Source: the human T2T-CHM13v2.0 reference genome, Homo sapiens
Strand: one strand, 5' to 3'
DNA length: 64,000 bases
Assembly: GCF_009914755.1 (NCBI RefSeq)
Contig: NC_060935.1
Translations under genes and position numbers: made by a program
The notes under the pieces: model-generated
Told to the model about the DNA's origin: nothing
The model's database searches: none
What the model saw: only the letters and a program-made list of their open reading frames with translations
In this document: in pieces, positions 29,680 to 43,800 of the stretch
How positions within the stretch are numbered: position 1 is the stretch's first letter
Layout of the letters: each line of letters opens with the position of its first letter

Positions 29680-31172
29680 CTTATGTTAATTATTTTAACC
29701 AGAAGGGAAGGCCATGGAATTCCATTTTATACACATGGTTTTGAGTGTCACATTTATAGAAGTGTACATTTAAGTGTACATTTAATTTTATTTAATGTAT
29801 TATAATACTTGTTATGTCAGAATGTTATTATTACTGAATATATTATTTGTTCTGTCAGAACCCATGTCCTTATTATGGGGACAACGAGCTCCATGAATAT
29901 AGAAAATTTAGGCAAAGCAGTAGTTCTGATGGTTAATTGCAGCCATTCCTGTTTGCTATTTTGTTTGTTAACTCCTCTGTGAGGAGAGGGGATACATCAC
30001 ATTCTCAGATTTTTCCAAATGTAACTGTCATTCATGTTCTGGTGTTGATAAAGACACAGAAGTTTTGCCAATTGGTGTATTTCAGCAGATGTTAAAGTAA
30101 ATACGGAACCCGAGTTTTGAAGTGCGAAAGCCATTCAATGCCCTTTTACGTTTTTGCTGTGTTAATTATTTTAGCATATTCTGGATTTCCAGTTTGGGAA
30201 AAATCATTGATGTTTTTTACAAAGATTTTTTTCTTCCATTTTAGTCAGTTTAAAAAAAATGTATCTATTGCTTATTCATTTTTACTATGTGGTTACTGGA
30301 CATACCTCAAAGGGCAAGTCCTCTCTATCCTGCTAATATTTGTAAGTTTTTTTCCTTTGAGGAAACTCATCATGGTTAGAGGTCTTCTCCATGGCAATTG
30401 TTGCTTTACTGGGCTTAGGGATCCCAGACTTAATTCAGGTTTAATTAACCTCTTGGCTGTGCCATGTGGGTGCCATGTGCATTTTCCTTTATAAGCCTGA
30501 GTATTAGGAACATCAAAGGCATTTTGAAGGGTGATTACAGCCATCTCCTTTTAGAAATGTGGACCTCAGAGTGCCATATGGTGACTATGTTTCCTACTGA
30601 CCACATGACTGGCCTGTGTGTGGCATAGGTTTTCAGTCTCTCCCTTAAGCACTGTACAGAATGAAAGCCAATGCTTTGTTAAGACAAAAAAACAAACAAA
30701 CACAGTCACAGGCTAAAGTTGCTCCCCTAAGCCAATCATCAGTCATGGCTTATGCCAGAATGAAGACACATGATTCTATCTAAGACAGAGATAGGACTGG
30801 GCCAAGACACACAACTAGGGCCATATTCATGATGGCCCCAATGTCATACTCTAGCCCTTAAATGCCAACTCTAGAAAGTTCCAATCCAGGATAGTTAAGT
30901 TAAATCTATAACAGAGACTTCTCAGGACTCAGCAAATGAACACAGCCCAAATCACAAGCTCTGAAGTAGGCAGCAGCACAGCTCAGAAAGCATACTAGCA
31001 CCCCAAAGTCCATTCTCCCCTGCTGGCCACAGAGTCTGTTAGCAAACAAAAACAATAGAAGAAAGGTCCTTGGTTGTGGTGACCATCACTTGTGTGTCCT
31101 GTTCACCTTGCCAAATGTTTACACTACCCCACAGTAAATATAATCGATTCTGTACCCAAAATTTTGTTTGGG
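29680..31172 (-). mobile_element. Probable ERVL internal region (pro/gag/leader), continuing the pol remnant
   Basis: Collinear position upstream of RT; possible degenerate protease motif (VFINTRT for LDTGA) near 30030-30055; PBS-like AATTTTGGGTACAGAA on the minus strand next to the LTR end. Confidence 0.5.
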
Positions 31173-31690
31173 TGTAAGGACTGATGATGTCCCTTGCTCA
31201 GTGTATGAGCCTACTCAGGCTGCTATAACAAAGCATCATAGACTGGGTGGTATAAACAACAGAAATTTATTTCTTAAAATTCTAGGGCTAGAAAGTCCCA
31301 GATTAAAGTATCAGCAAGGTAGGTTTCATAATGGGGTCTTATCTCTTGGATTTTAGGTGTCAACATCTCCCCTATGCTCAAATGTTTTCCTTGTTCATGT
31401 GTAGAGGGAGAGAGAGAGTAAGCTCTCTGGGGTCTCTTCTTAGAAAAACACTTATTCTATCAGAACAGAGCCCATCTTTATGACCTTATTTCTTCTTAAT
31501 TACTTCTTTAGAGGCTCCATCTCCAAATACAGCCACACTGGGCTTTAGGGCTTCAAAATAATAATTTTTGGAAGGACACAAACTTTCAGTCTTTAACATT
31601 CATCGAGAACATATCAAAAGATTTATTACTCACAAAATGAGACTTTCTGGGGACATTAGGTTGAAAGGCCATGTGGATCTCTTTTCCCAG
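31173..31690 (-). mobile_element. ERVL 5' LTR remnant (MER54/MER74-group-like), split by MLT1A
   Basis: Begins TGTAAGGACTGATG and resumes after the MLT1A with AAAGATTTATTACTCACAAAATGAGACTTTCTGGGGA (antisense AATAAA region). Confidence 0.5.
31202..31598 (-). mobile_element. MaLR solo LTR (MLT1A-like)
   Basis: CAGGCTGCTATAACAAAGCATCATAGACTGGGTGG...AACAACAGAAATTTATT...CCATCTCCAAATAC...GGACACAAACTTTCAGTCTTTAACA. Confidence 0.88.
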
Positions 31691-31739
31691 AAATCCTAGT
31701 TGAGGGCATTATAAACTTACATACCAAACCAACTCACCT

Positions 31740-31880
31740 CAGATGTACAAGTGAGCTCAACCAAGATTAGCCAGTCAAGATTTGGACTAGAACAACTTTG
31801 CAACTGCTCTCATTTCAAATTGCTAATCGGCAAAGTTGTGAATTTAAAAAGCTATTGATTTAAACCATTCAGTTTTAATT
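31740..31880 (+). mobile_element. Old MLT1 (F/G/H-like) 3' fragment
   Basis: ...AAATTGCTAATC...GTGAATTTAAAAAGCTATTGATTTAAACCATTCAGTTTT. Confidence 0.45.
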
Positions 31881-32899
31881 TCATTAAGTATTCTTAATTG
31901 AATTTTTCCCTACTTATAAACTAATGCATATTATTGTTGTCTACTTATGTCAAAGATTGAGATTTGTAAGTATGCATAAACTCATATTCTCAAATTACTT
32001 GTACTCTATCTCTTTTCTATGTTCAATTCATTATTAAAAATGTAATGTACTATTATATTACTTCCTCTAGACAATCTCCACTTTAATTACTGGTTTTGAT
32101 TCACATACCATGAAATTTGCAGCCAGATTTCTACCATTACGTTATTATTTTCGCCAACATACTGTTTTGCAACTACATTTACAACACTGCTAAATTAAAT
32201 TTCCACATCGTGCTATTTTTCAAAACTTCATAATGATTACTTTATGCCAGCCTAAAAAAGTAACTCCAATTTACCTCTTAATACACTCTGATATATGTCT
32301 TCAACATTTTTATCATGAAGATTATTTAAGAAGTAATTCATCTAAACTATTTTATGTCTTATGCTGTTTATTCTCATAAACAATAAAATAATTAATTTAA
32401 AATTATTATTTTTCAGGAACTCTGTATATACAGTTCCATTTTATTCTGATACCATTGTTTTGTAAGTAAATTCTGAAGATGGGGAGATGTTCATTTATTT
32501 AATAAATTTACTCTTTTTTGTGAAGACTCAATGTTAGTTACTCTTTCCAGATATATTTTTATGTATACTCCTTATTTTATATATTGTTCTTTTATATATT
32601 TTCTGCTGTCTATAGACACCATCTTCTTTCTCATCTTCTTTATTGTTTTGCCAGCCTTAAAAAGCAGAAATGTTAAAATTTGTTACTTCATCATCTCCAA
32701 ATGTTTGATTGAAGTTTCATTCTGAATTTGTCTACTATTAGTTCAATATTAACTATGTATTTGTGTATACAATATGGACTATATAGGAAAGCATATATGT
32801 AAAGTAACATCTTTATATATTTAAAACTCAAACACATTACCAGATTATATCTAATGTGGTACAGCATATGACTCACAAACATTCACTCTCTTTTATTAA

Positions 32900-33250
32900 C
32901 CCTAAGAGGGGATAATCCTATAACAAACTGTTAGTTGGATGTGACCATATGATTTATCTTCATCAGTGAAATGTGAAAGGATATTATATATGACATAGCT
33001 GAGCAAAAATATTTTACTGTTATTAAGAAATTTGGTTCAGCTTCTTGCTCTCATATTTTTTGTGTTCACCACCAAGAAACCGTCTGTTTCTTAGCCAGAA
33101 ATAAGAGCCAGAGAGCTAATATGAACCCATCCTACACCCCAGAAAAGTTATAGCAGCTGATCTACAAAAAACATAACATTTTAGGAAGATACATATTGTT
33201 GTAATGCACTGAGACTTTGAAATTATTTGTTATGAAGCACAACTTAACAA
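32900..33250 (+). mobile_element. Old MaLR LTR (MLT1I/J-like)
   Basis: GTTGGATGTGACCATATGA...CAGTGAAATGTGA...GTTGTAATGCACTGAGACTTTG...ATTTGTTATGAAGCA. Confidence 0.55.
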
Positions 33251-33289
33251 AGGGTAATTCATTGATAAAAGATTTGTTCTTTTACATGA

Positions 33290-33608
<319 letters not shown>

Positions 33609-36600
33609 TATCAAGGGAAATCTTAAATCATCAGAATAGACTTTTAATAAGACTGACAAGGATTTCTTCAAATATTCCTTTATTATTTTTTTTTTTTGCA
33701 CAAGCATTTTACTTTATTAAACTTCTCAGCGATAAAATGTTGGACTTTTATTATCTGCTCTCTGTAGACACCATCTTCTTTCTCATCTTTTTTATTGTTT
33801 CTCCAGCCTTAATAAGCAGAGATATTAAAATTTTTTCCTTCATTATCTCCAAATATTTGATGAAGTTTCATTCTGAATTTGTCTGCTATTGGTTCAATAC
33901 TAACTATACATTTCTTTAATGTTGATAAAATATTATAAACGGTTTTTATATTTCATTTTATTCCTTATTAATTTCTCCTTGTAAATTCTATCTTAATTTT
34001 TCTTTCTAGAACTCAGGCTTTCCTGAACTACATTTAAAAAGGGTTAAGTTCTAAAATGTACTGTATAATCTAAATATGACCAATTTTATTTCTTGAATGG
34101 TACGTTTTCTAGACTTTACACTAAAAAGTCTAACATGGAATCATAGATTTTTTTTTGAAATACACTAGAATTTAAGTCTATGTTAATGTTTACCCATATT
34201 GAAAGCATATGCATACTGTTGTCATTTAACTAGTTACCTATTTGCTTTTACAAGCATCTCTTTAAATCTTAAGCCTGAAGGGCTGCTTGTCATTGGTCCT
34301 CATCAACTTGATGATGTTCTTAAACCATTTATTTTTTGCTATTTATATGGAGCCTGAGAAGAGATAACCTTGCCCATGTTCAAAATGAAGTAATATTGGG
34401 ATTATCCAAGCAGTCTGTATGTCTTCTGTTACTATTAACCCTGTTAAATATACTCCAATATAAATGCTGCCTTGAACATTCTATCAAACTTGCTAGCCTA
34501 AAGCCAGTGACTTCTGTGTTGAAAAGTTCAATGGACATTTCAACTACAGGGATACCTGAGCTCTCTGCCATCCTTGCAACAATTAGCCACTCTCTTAATC
34601 TTAACCCAATACAGTTTTTTGATACCTGTGGTATCATAACTTTCTCTTGATTTACACTTATTTCTCTGGCTGCTCATTTTTACTTTCTTCTTCTATCCTT
34701 CTATAAATACCAAGTTTTTCAGCACTTAGGCTGTAATTGTTTTACTCCGCTGGTATTTTCTTCTTAGGCTTCTAGTGCTAACTAAACATAAGGACTCAAA
34801 TTTACATAGTACTTGTCTTCCAACTTAACTGAAATTTGACCTGCCCCAAATTGCATTGTATTTCCACCACACACTGAGTCACCTGTAAAATATGTATTGA
34901 AGTTGACATTTCCAATATATTCAGTAACTAACACTAGAGTGATGGGAGTTTTTAAAAACTATTTTCTGTACTTTCCTCTCAAGTCAATTTTATCTGAAAA
35001 TAACTCCCCTTACCCTTGTGGCTATATAATTGTCATCTTTCCTAAAGTTGAAATTTAAATATTACTTCCTCTGGCTCTAAACTATATAGTATAAGAAAGC
35101 ATCACATATAATGAATGGCTCATCATTGATGTTTAACTCATGTTTGAGTTTATCTATAATTCTTAGTAAAATAAAAATATAAAGAGTAAAACTCATAAAG
35201 AGGTCATGGTTTCAGTAAAAACTTAATATTTCATATGTGAAATGAATTAGTCTTATCATTAAATGGTCTCGATTTTGGAAAAGAATGGAATTATGGTCAC
35301 ATTCATGTAATTACTAAAGATAAATTTAGAATGCAAAATGTAGGCTACTTGTCCTGGTTCTTGTGTTCTTCGTTCTCTGTATGCAATTGTCATCCTGCAG
35401 TCACGTTACTTTAGTATATCTTACAGAATGAATATGCGCCCTCCTATGAAGGAAAGAATTCCTAGAGAAGAACTAACATTAGTTAAATGCCTCCTTTATA
35501 TTTATTAGCTACATTGTAAATAAACCAACCCTTTCATTTATATTGGGAAATTTGTTTCACAGTTATTAATTAACATTCTCAAATATAAATTTCATTAACC
35601 ATGGATTTAAGATATAAATCAAAACACATTTAATCACAAAGGCCATGATCTTCATATTATATCAGTCTATATCTAATTATTAATTATTTTAACTTCTAGG
35701 GTTAGTGAATTCTGATGAACATAGGTATGTGTGTGGTATACAGAATGAGGCAGTGTTTCCTGCAAACTGCATTCAATAAGCAAAGACTTCAATATATTCC
35801 ATGTGTTTATACGTATTTTCAAAACCTTATTTGAGTCCTTTCCTTCCCTTATTTGATTTAACCAACAGAATATTTCATAAGTTAGATCTGGGGACAGCAT
35901 TTTAAATACATGCCAACCAAACAGAATACCAATTACAATTTTAAACAGTTGAATTAAGGAGAACTAAATGCAACATAAATAATTCAATGTTCATTTTTAG
36001 AACATTTTCTATAACAATGAACAGGGAAAACACTTAAAAATGCAAGGAATATAATGGATTGTAGAAAAATCAATGTTATAGTTTGTTAATGGATTTGGTA
36101 ACTTGCACTTCCAGGGAACAGAGAAAATTGAAGTGGAACTAAGATTTCATTATGACATATTTCAAACTCTCTTAGGCTCTTAAGATTTTCCATTTCATTG
36201 GCTGCTTTGAATTTCATATGCTAATTTTAGAACTGTTACAAATCAGAATTTAATATTTGAAAAGTGTATTACAATTAGTAATAATCCAGTGTGTTAATTC
36301 AGTGTTATTGTACTAGATTTTTAAAAAATGAGTAAAATGTATGGACAATTCATCACAATAACTAATAGGATATGCCAAAGTAGGTGTCTCTACCTACTCA
36401 ACTTAAATGTTTATTAACTCAATTTATTCTGTCAAATTTAATAATACAATATGAAAATAACTATCAAGGTATTTAGCAACAATTAGATAATTGACACACT
36501 TCAAAGAAATGGAAGTCGTGAATGATTTGTCTTACTTTTCAAATAGCTGTATTAGTGCTGAATACACTTTGAAAAAGTTATTTTTTTTTAAACATGGGCA

Positions 36601-36644
36601 TCTTACCTGTGAAAAGTTAAGATTTTGGGGGGAGGTTGTTGCTT

Positions 36645-37275
36645 TTTAAACAGTTTTAGTAAGATATAGTTTACATATCATACAATTCACTCATTTAAAA
36701 TGTACACCCCCGTGTATTTTAGCATGTTAACAGAGTTGTGTAACAATAACCACAAATGTAGAACATTTTCATCACCACCCTAAAAAGAAACTCCATAACG
36801 ATTCATAGTCATGATTGATTTCTCTTCCTGTCCCCATCTATGCTCTCCTTTCTACCCCCAGGCCCTGGCAACGACTTTCCTACTTTCTATCTCTATAAAA
36901 TTTTGCCCCATCTGGATATTTAAAAATATTCCATTTAAAATATTCCTTTTTCCTAATTGTAATTATAAATCCTTTAACCAATATCCCCTACTCCTTCACT
37001 CCCCACTAACCAGCTCAGCCTCTGTTAACCATTATTCTGTTCACTACTTCTATGAGATCAACTTTTTTAGAAAGCACATATATGTGAGATCACATGGTGT
37101 TTGTCTTCCTACATCAGGCTTATTTCATTTAATATAGTGTCTGTTAGAGTCTTCCATGTTGTTACAAATGACAGGATTCTGTTCTTTCTTAGGGATGAAT
37201 AGTATCCCATTGTGTATATTTTACATATTTTCTTTATTCATTCATTTACTGATGGGCATTTAGGTGGATTCCATT
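36645..37275 (-). mobile_element. L1MB and L1MA 3' end fragments
   Basis: GATATAGTTTACATATCATACAATTCACTCATTTAAAATGTACA..., then CTATGAGATCAACTTTTTTAG...TGACAGGATTC...GATGGGCATTTAGGTGGATTCCA. Confidence 0.8.
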
Positions 37276-37550
37276 GTTGTTAATGTTTTTCAGGAAGTGG
37301 AAGTCTTCCTGAAAAATTAAATACAAGTGTGACCTTAAACATGTTGCTTTCTCTCTATTAGCCATAGCTCCTTCGTATTCAAATAAAATGGTTTGACCAA
37401 ACCAGCATTCCCCAATGTGATTTGTGCATATTAGTCATGGAGAATACTCTGATACAAAAATAATTTCCAGCCCAAATTTGTTTTTAAAGGTCTTTGTATT
37501 AATTTCCCTTTTGAAGTGTCACAAAGAACTTTTAAAATTTTATGCATCCT

Positions 37551-37869
<319 letters not shown>

Positions 37870-39864
37870 TCATTCAATAAATATTGCATGTTATTTGTTA
37901 GGTAGTACAGGTTACATATTTTTATAATAGCTCTGAGAAATACTAAAGCATAGAATAAAATATGATGAAATTAATTTTAAACCATACTTCATTTGGCATT
38001 CTTTGAAAGTAATGATCACGGAAATATTTTTAGTCATGGAAAAATCCTCCTTTCATCCCTCTATCCCTCCATGGAACATATAGTAGAAAATACTAGGTAA
38101 TCTTTAAACTCCATCCAAGTTCAAAATAGTACGTTTGGCAATCTCAAAAGCCACTTCTATATTGTATTTGTAACATATGATATGAAGATCGAATATATAT
38201 AGCTGTTTTCTTTTACCTTTTCCTTCAGAAAAAGGGGGCCATACAAATCACAGAGTTTCAAATATTTGTAATATAAGTAACAGATTTAGGGTTCCCTGAT
38301 AACTTATTACATTCTAACTTACCTAACTGTCTTTGCCTTGTCATCAAATTCTATAACACCAGTCATAGACTCATATCACTGTTTATAAGGATATAGAGTC
38401 ATAGAGTACATATGTGGTTTGAGTTCTTAAGTTTTCACTTCTTCTGCATGGTTTATGATTTATCCTATTTGTTGCTTTTTTATTCATTATCGATATTCTA
38501 ATTTTTCTTTTATACCCTGTTCATCATAAGATCTTAAATGAATTTAAGCCACAATAGCAGTTTTCTGAGCCCCAGTAGACTCACCCATCATTTTGATAGT
38601 AAAAACAGGTAATATATGTCATCACTATGCTAAAAAGTTTATTAACCCATTTAACCTTCATAACAATTCCAAGAGTCAGATTTTCTACTGAAATTACCCT
38701 CTTACTTAGGAGAATTGTTATAAAAAATTTTAAGGAAAAATGTGCATAATCTGTATGAAATTCTTTCCACACAGTAGGTATCTAAATGGTAATTATAATG
38801 ATGATGATGATTTGGATTTTGAATCACTTACTATAAACCACTGTTACCTGGACTGTGTTGATTGTACAAAGGCAATTAGCTTCAAATAATCAAATAGATC
38901 TTGTTCAGACCTATTGCAAGGGCACCTTGGCAGGTGACTTTATTGCTTTAGTTCTGAAGTAAACAGAGTATAACTGCTTATTTTCACTGCTACTTTCAGA
39001 GTACTTAAAGGGATTTATATTTTTAAAAAGTGATTGACTTCAGGACCAATATTTAGTTAGCATTAATTACTCAGTAACATCTTATTTGATACAATATGTA
39101 GATCCCTAGGCATTTTTACAAATCTCTGTTTTTGTCAAAAAGTTGTAGATTCAGAATCTGGTTGGAGAAAAAACTCATTGACCCTAGGGGATAAATTGAG
39201 CACATTATACTATTAAAACATTTATTGACTTAGTCTTCCATGTATATGTCTCTTCGGCCAGAGCCAGTTTCCTAAAACTGAATAAGCTATATCTAGTATT
39301 GACTACTGGATCAGTTTCAAAAAGGAAAAAAGAAAAAAAAAATTTGAATGCGACATGAAAAAATGGTAAACAAAATATTCAATTTAAAAAGATTATGAAG
39401 GATGATTCTAATAAAGGTAACAAAAGGATGACCACACTCTCCTTGGAGATTACTTTGAATGCACTGCATTATTTTCTCCTGAGCCCTATAACATACACAA
39501 TGGCACATGTCCTTTAATTTTATTAACATGGTTTAAAGGGCATTATGATATATGCTGCACAGTTCGCCAAAAAAATCTAAAGAGATCCTGAGGACTTGAA
39601 CACATTTTTTTTCTATGCTAACCTCTTATCAGTGACTTTTTTCAGGGATTTTCCCAGGCAATTAGTTATATGGGTTTTTGCAGGTTACATAGTATTTACC
39701 ATGTGAAAATATCGGAAAATAGGACAACTACAAGCCTATAGAATGAAGCTGGATTAACATAAATTACAAACTCTTACTACAAATGTGAAACTGGACTTTG
39801 AGAATTCCTGAGACTATTCCCCCATAATATTTAACATTCTGGTGAGAGCCCCTTCATTTTCTTT

Positions 39865-39926
39865 TCCTTTTTTAAAAATGTTAAGTTCAGGGCACATGTA
39901 CAGGATGTGCAGGTTTGTTATATAGG
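39865..39926 (-). mobile_element. L1P 3' terminal stub
   Basis: TTAAGTTCAGGGCACATGTACAGGATGTGCAGGTTTGTTATATAGG. Confidence 0.8.
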
Positions 39927-40288
39927 TGATATGGCTTGGCTGTGTCCCCACCAAAATCTTATCTTGAATTGTAGCTCCCTTAATTCCCATGTGTTGTGGG
40001 AGTGACCTAGTGGGAAGTAATTGAACCATGGGGGCAGGTCTTTCCCATGCTGATCTTGGGATAGTGAATAAACCTCACGAGATCTGATGGTTTCATAAAG
40101 GAGACTTCCGTGACACAAATTCTTGCCTGCTGCCATGTAAGACATGACTTTGCTCTTCATTCTGCTTCTACCATGATTGTGAGGCCTCCCCAGCTGTGTG
40201 GAATTGTGAGTCAATTAAACCTCTTTCTTTTATAAATTACGCACTCTCAGATATGTCTTTATTAGCAGTGTGAATGCAGACTGATACA
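39927..40288 (+). mobile_element. THE1 (THE1B/C-like) MaLR LTR
   Basis: TGATATGGCTTGGCTGTGTCCCCACCAAAATCTTATCTTGAATTGTAGCTCCC...ATTAAACCTCTTT...GACTGATACA. Confidence 0.93.
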
Positions 40289-40858
40289 GTAAATTGGTAC
40301 CAGGTAGTGGGGTGCTGCTGTAAAGATACATGAAAATGTGGAAGTGACTTGGGAATGGGGTAACAGGCAGAGGTTGAAGCAGTTTGGAAGACCTAGAAGA
40401 AGATAGGAAAATGTGGGAAAGTTTGGACTTCCTATAGACTTGGAGGGCTCTGAAGACAGGAAGATGTGAGAAAGTTTGGCTCTTCCTAGAGACGTGTTGA
40501 ATGGCTTTGACTAAAATGCTCATAGTGATATGGACAATAAAGTCCAGGCTGCAGTGGCCTTAGATGGAGATGAAGAACTTGTTGGGAACTGAAGCGAAGG
40601 TGACTCTTGCTATGTTTTAGCAAAGAGGCTGATGGCATTTTGCCCTGTCCTAGAGTTTTGTGGAACTTTGAACTTTAAAGATATGATTTAGGGCATCTGG
40701 TAGAATAAATTTCTAAGTAGCAAAGCATTCAAGAGATGACCTGGTTACTGTTAAAAACATTCAGTTTTATGTTTCACAAATATATTGTTTGTAATTGTAA
40801 CTTACACTTAAAAGGGAAGCAGAGCATAAAAGTTCAGAAAATTTGCAGCCTGACAATG
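40289..40858 (+). mobile_element. THE1 internal region, 3'-truncated
   Basis: GTAAATTGGTACCAGG start, GGTAACAGGCAGAGGTTG, GAAGCAGAGCATAAAAGTT...GCAGCCTGACAATG, then an abrupt end. Confidence 0.92.
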
Positions 40859-41309
40859 TTTTCCAGGAGAAGAACACTAAGATTTTTGAAGACTTGAATG
40901 TTGAAAATAATCACCCAACCTCTACGAAGTAAAAATGACCTTATTATGAGTATTGTAGGAATAAAGGCAAATTCAGAAAGTAGTGGTGGGCCATCAGAAA
41001 GATTCACACTTCCCAGTATTATTGACTGTGATAGTGGTCTTTAAATAAAATTAGTCTTGCCTATTATTAAACCTCTTTACTCAGATTGCATCAGAAATCC
41101 ACATATGAGTACAACCGAAATAAAATTGTGTGTATGGGTGTGTGTGTACGTGTGTGTGTATGCTATTACACATCACTCCAATAGGCATTCTTATCATTTC
41201 AAGCAGCAGAATCCTAACATCACCTATCTTTCTCAAATTTTGGTACATGCAACTCTTGAGGCTCTAAAAGTGTGGCAGAAGCTTAAAAAACCAACTACTG
41301 ATGATAGTT

Positions 41310-41475
41310 TTTATCATAATGGATAACATAATCTCCATTTTTACATGTGAGAAAACCAAGGCAGAGAGGTGAAAGCAATTTGCCCCAAGTCACAGAGCTA
41401 GTACAGAATGGTGATGACATTTCAGCTCAGCAGTCTCATGGCAGAATCTGTAATCATAACCGCTCTACTATACTG
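41310..41475 (-). mobile_element. MIR SINE
   Basis: CCATTTTTACATGTGAGAAAACCAAGGCAGAGAGG...TTGCCCCAAGTCACAGAGCTAGT. Confidence 0.85.
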
Positions 41476-42209
41476 AATCAAAACATTGTAAATGTTCTTG
41501 GAGCATCAATTTTATCTGAGGATTTGAGAAAAACATATTACTTTTATATTAAAATAAGCAAAAATATATTATAGAGCAGAATGCAAGAAGTATGTGAATT
41601 TTTAATATGAAAAAAGTGACTTCATAGAGTGTTCTTATATCTGGTTTGCTTCAGGCAAAGGCACTTGATCTCGGTGGGGGGGTATGCGTTCATTGTCCTG
41701 TGCCAGTAGGAATATTTCAGTGAAAAACATAAAAATTTATTACATTACACAAAGTCTCTCCTTGCTGGGTGTTGAGCCTGTTTATTTATAACTTTCTTTT
41801 AGGTATGTGGTTAGACTAAACTCTTCATAACTTATAAAAAATTATATATATATATGGAAGGAACACACAAATATATAAAGACAGTTGCATAAGAAGGTTT
41901 TCCATTATCCAAGTTCATAATTTTACTTTCTGTATCAGATTCTTAGTAACTTTGCAGGTTTCAGTGGACCTAAAATTTCACTACCCACCAGGAGGATGAC
42001 AGGAATCCAGACTTGTCTATTGGTAATTCCTTCTGCTAAGCCATAGACTTATTTTAAACAACAAAGTTGTCTTTTTAAATCCTAAATGTTTTTGATCATC
42101 TGCTTCTTGTACCACTAGGAAGCCTGGTTACTATAAGGAAAAGGAGATACCTGATTAGGAACAGCTAATTAGAATTCTTGGAGATATCTCCAAAATACCA
42201 TTAACGAAT

Positions 42210-42659
42210 TGTGATGGTGAATATTGAGTGTCAACTTCATTGGATTGAAGTATGCAAAGTACTTTTTCTGGGTGTGTTAGTGAGGGTGTTGCCAAAGGAG
42301 ATTAACATTAGATTCAGTGGTCTAAGAAAGGCAGACCCACCCTCAACCTGAATGGGCACAATCTAATTGGCTGCCAGCACAGACAGAATAAACACAGGCA
42401 GAAGAAAGTGAAAAGAATAGACTGGCTTAGCCTCCCAGCCTACATCTTTCTCTCGTGCGGGATGCTTCCTGCCTTTGAACATCGGACTTTGAACAAGGTC
42501 TTCAGCTTTGGGGCTGGGATTGGCTTCCTTGCTCCTCAGCTTACAGATGGTCTGTTGTGGGACCTTACCTTGTGCTCATGTGAGTCAGTATTCCTTAATA
42601 AACTCCTCTCTATATAGGCATCTATCCTTTTAGATCTAGCCCTCTAAAAAACCAATACA
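42210..42659 (+). mobile_element. ERVL solo LTR, MLT2A-type
   Basis: TGTGATGGTGAATATTGAGTGTCAAC...GCCAAAGGAGATTAACATT...CCAATACA; TSD CGAAT/CCAAT. Confidence 0.92.
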
Positions 42660-42989
42660 CCAATGATATATATTACATGTGTATATGTGTGTGTGTGTGT
42701 TCCCACATAGAGAATATTTGTATACTCAGAGGGGTCACTGGGAAGACATCTTAACCTTTGACTTTCAATTTTCTTATTTGAAAAATGGGCATATTACACA
42801 GATGTAAAATTTTAACTTAGAATTTATATAGTAAAACTTAAAAGGTAGTATTTGCTTGCTGTATAAATTCATTAGGTAAGTTTGATTTATTTGCACATTT
42901 ATATGTAATTCAGCTTATAAAAATGAAATGTTCCACATGACTATTGAGAGATTTATAAAGGTTTGAATAATTATCATTAGGAAGTAGCT

Positions 42990-43220
42990 ATGGCACTTAG
43001 TTCAACAGCACGTTGGTTACTATATGCCATAAACGCTGCCAAAACATTAGCATTTTATCTCTCACACATCCGAACCAGTCAGCCATGTCTGTATCATCTC
43101 ACTTTTACAAATTATAATAATAAAATATAGGGAATTTGAAAATTACTGAAGGTCACAGAGATTGTAACTCTCAGAGGATGGCTTTAAACCTGTGATAGCC
43201 TGATTCCAAAATATTTGTTC
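42990..43220 (-). mobile_element. MIR fragment
   Basis: TACTATATGCCA...CTCACTTTTACAAA...GAAGGTCACAGAG...TTTAAACC...CCTGATTCCAAA. Confidence 0.6.
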
Positions 43221-43659
43221 CTTCTAATAAATCTTCAAAAACTTGAGACACAAGAAGTGTTTCCCTAGACTTCCTGAAAATCCACCATAAAGTTTTCTCA
43301 TTGGCCCTTATATGGGTTAATACACCTATGACAATGCTATACATATCCTGGAAATGTACGTGTAGCTTCAGTGAATTCCATGTTACAGTATCATAGCTGA
43401 TAAATATACCATTTCCATTTTCCAGATTTGTATGTTAGAGCAGTCAACCTAACATTTTCACAACTTGTTTTCTGAAGTGTGTGAGTAACATTAGGTCTGC
43501 TTCAGATAGAAAATAATGGGTCTGAAGGATGGCTTAAATATTCTAACTGACCTTTGGGGAAGTCATCTTAATAGTACTTTTAATATTGATGATAATAAGA
43601 ATGAGCTCTGTAGAAAATCTTTATATTCTAGAAAATATGCTGAAAAAACTACTCATTTC

Positions 43660-43800
43660 CTCTTTGTAACACTCTCTGAGACAGGTGGGGAAAGTTTATC
43701 ATTCTCATTTTAAAAATGAAGAAGCTGAGACTCATAATGATGAGGTAATGTGCTCATTAGCATAGGATCCTGGCGTAGAAAAGCCTATTTCAATCCATTC
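43660..43800 (-). mobile_element. MIR fragment
   Basis: AACACTCTCTGAGACAGGT...ATTCTCATTTTAAAAATGAAGAAGCTGAGACTCA. Confidence 0.6.

Noticed and set aside
30117-30544. 125-aa and 83-aa ORFs as candidate genes
   Set aside because: They lie within the probable ERVL internal region and show no recognisable cellular domain
40380-40500. Tandem duplication within THE1-int
   Set aside because: As I recall it is a common feature of THE1 internal sequences, not locus-specific
41951-42030. Possible small exon (TTTGCAG...TTG/GTAATT)
   Set aside because: Splice-like signals are frequent by chance; no partner exons or coding signal
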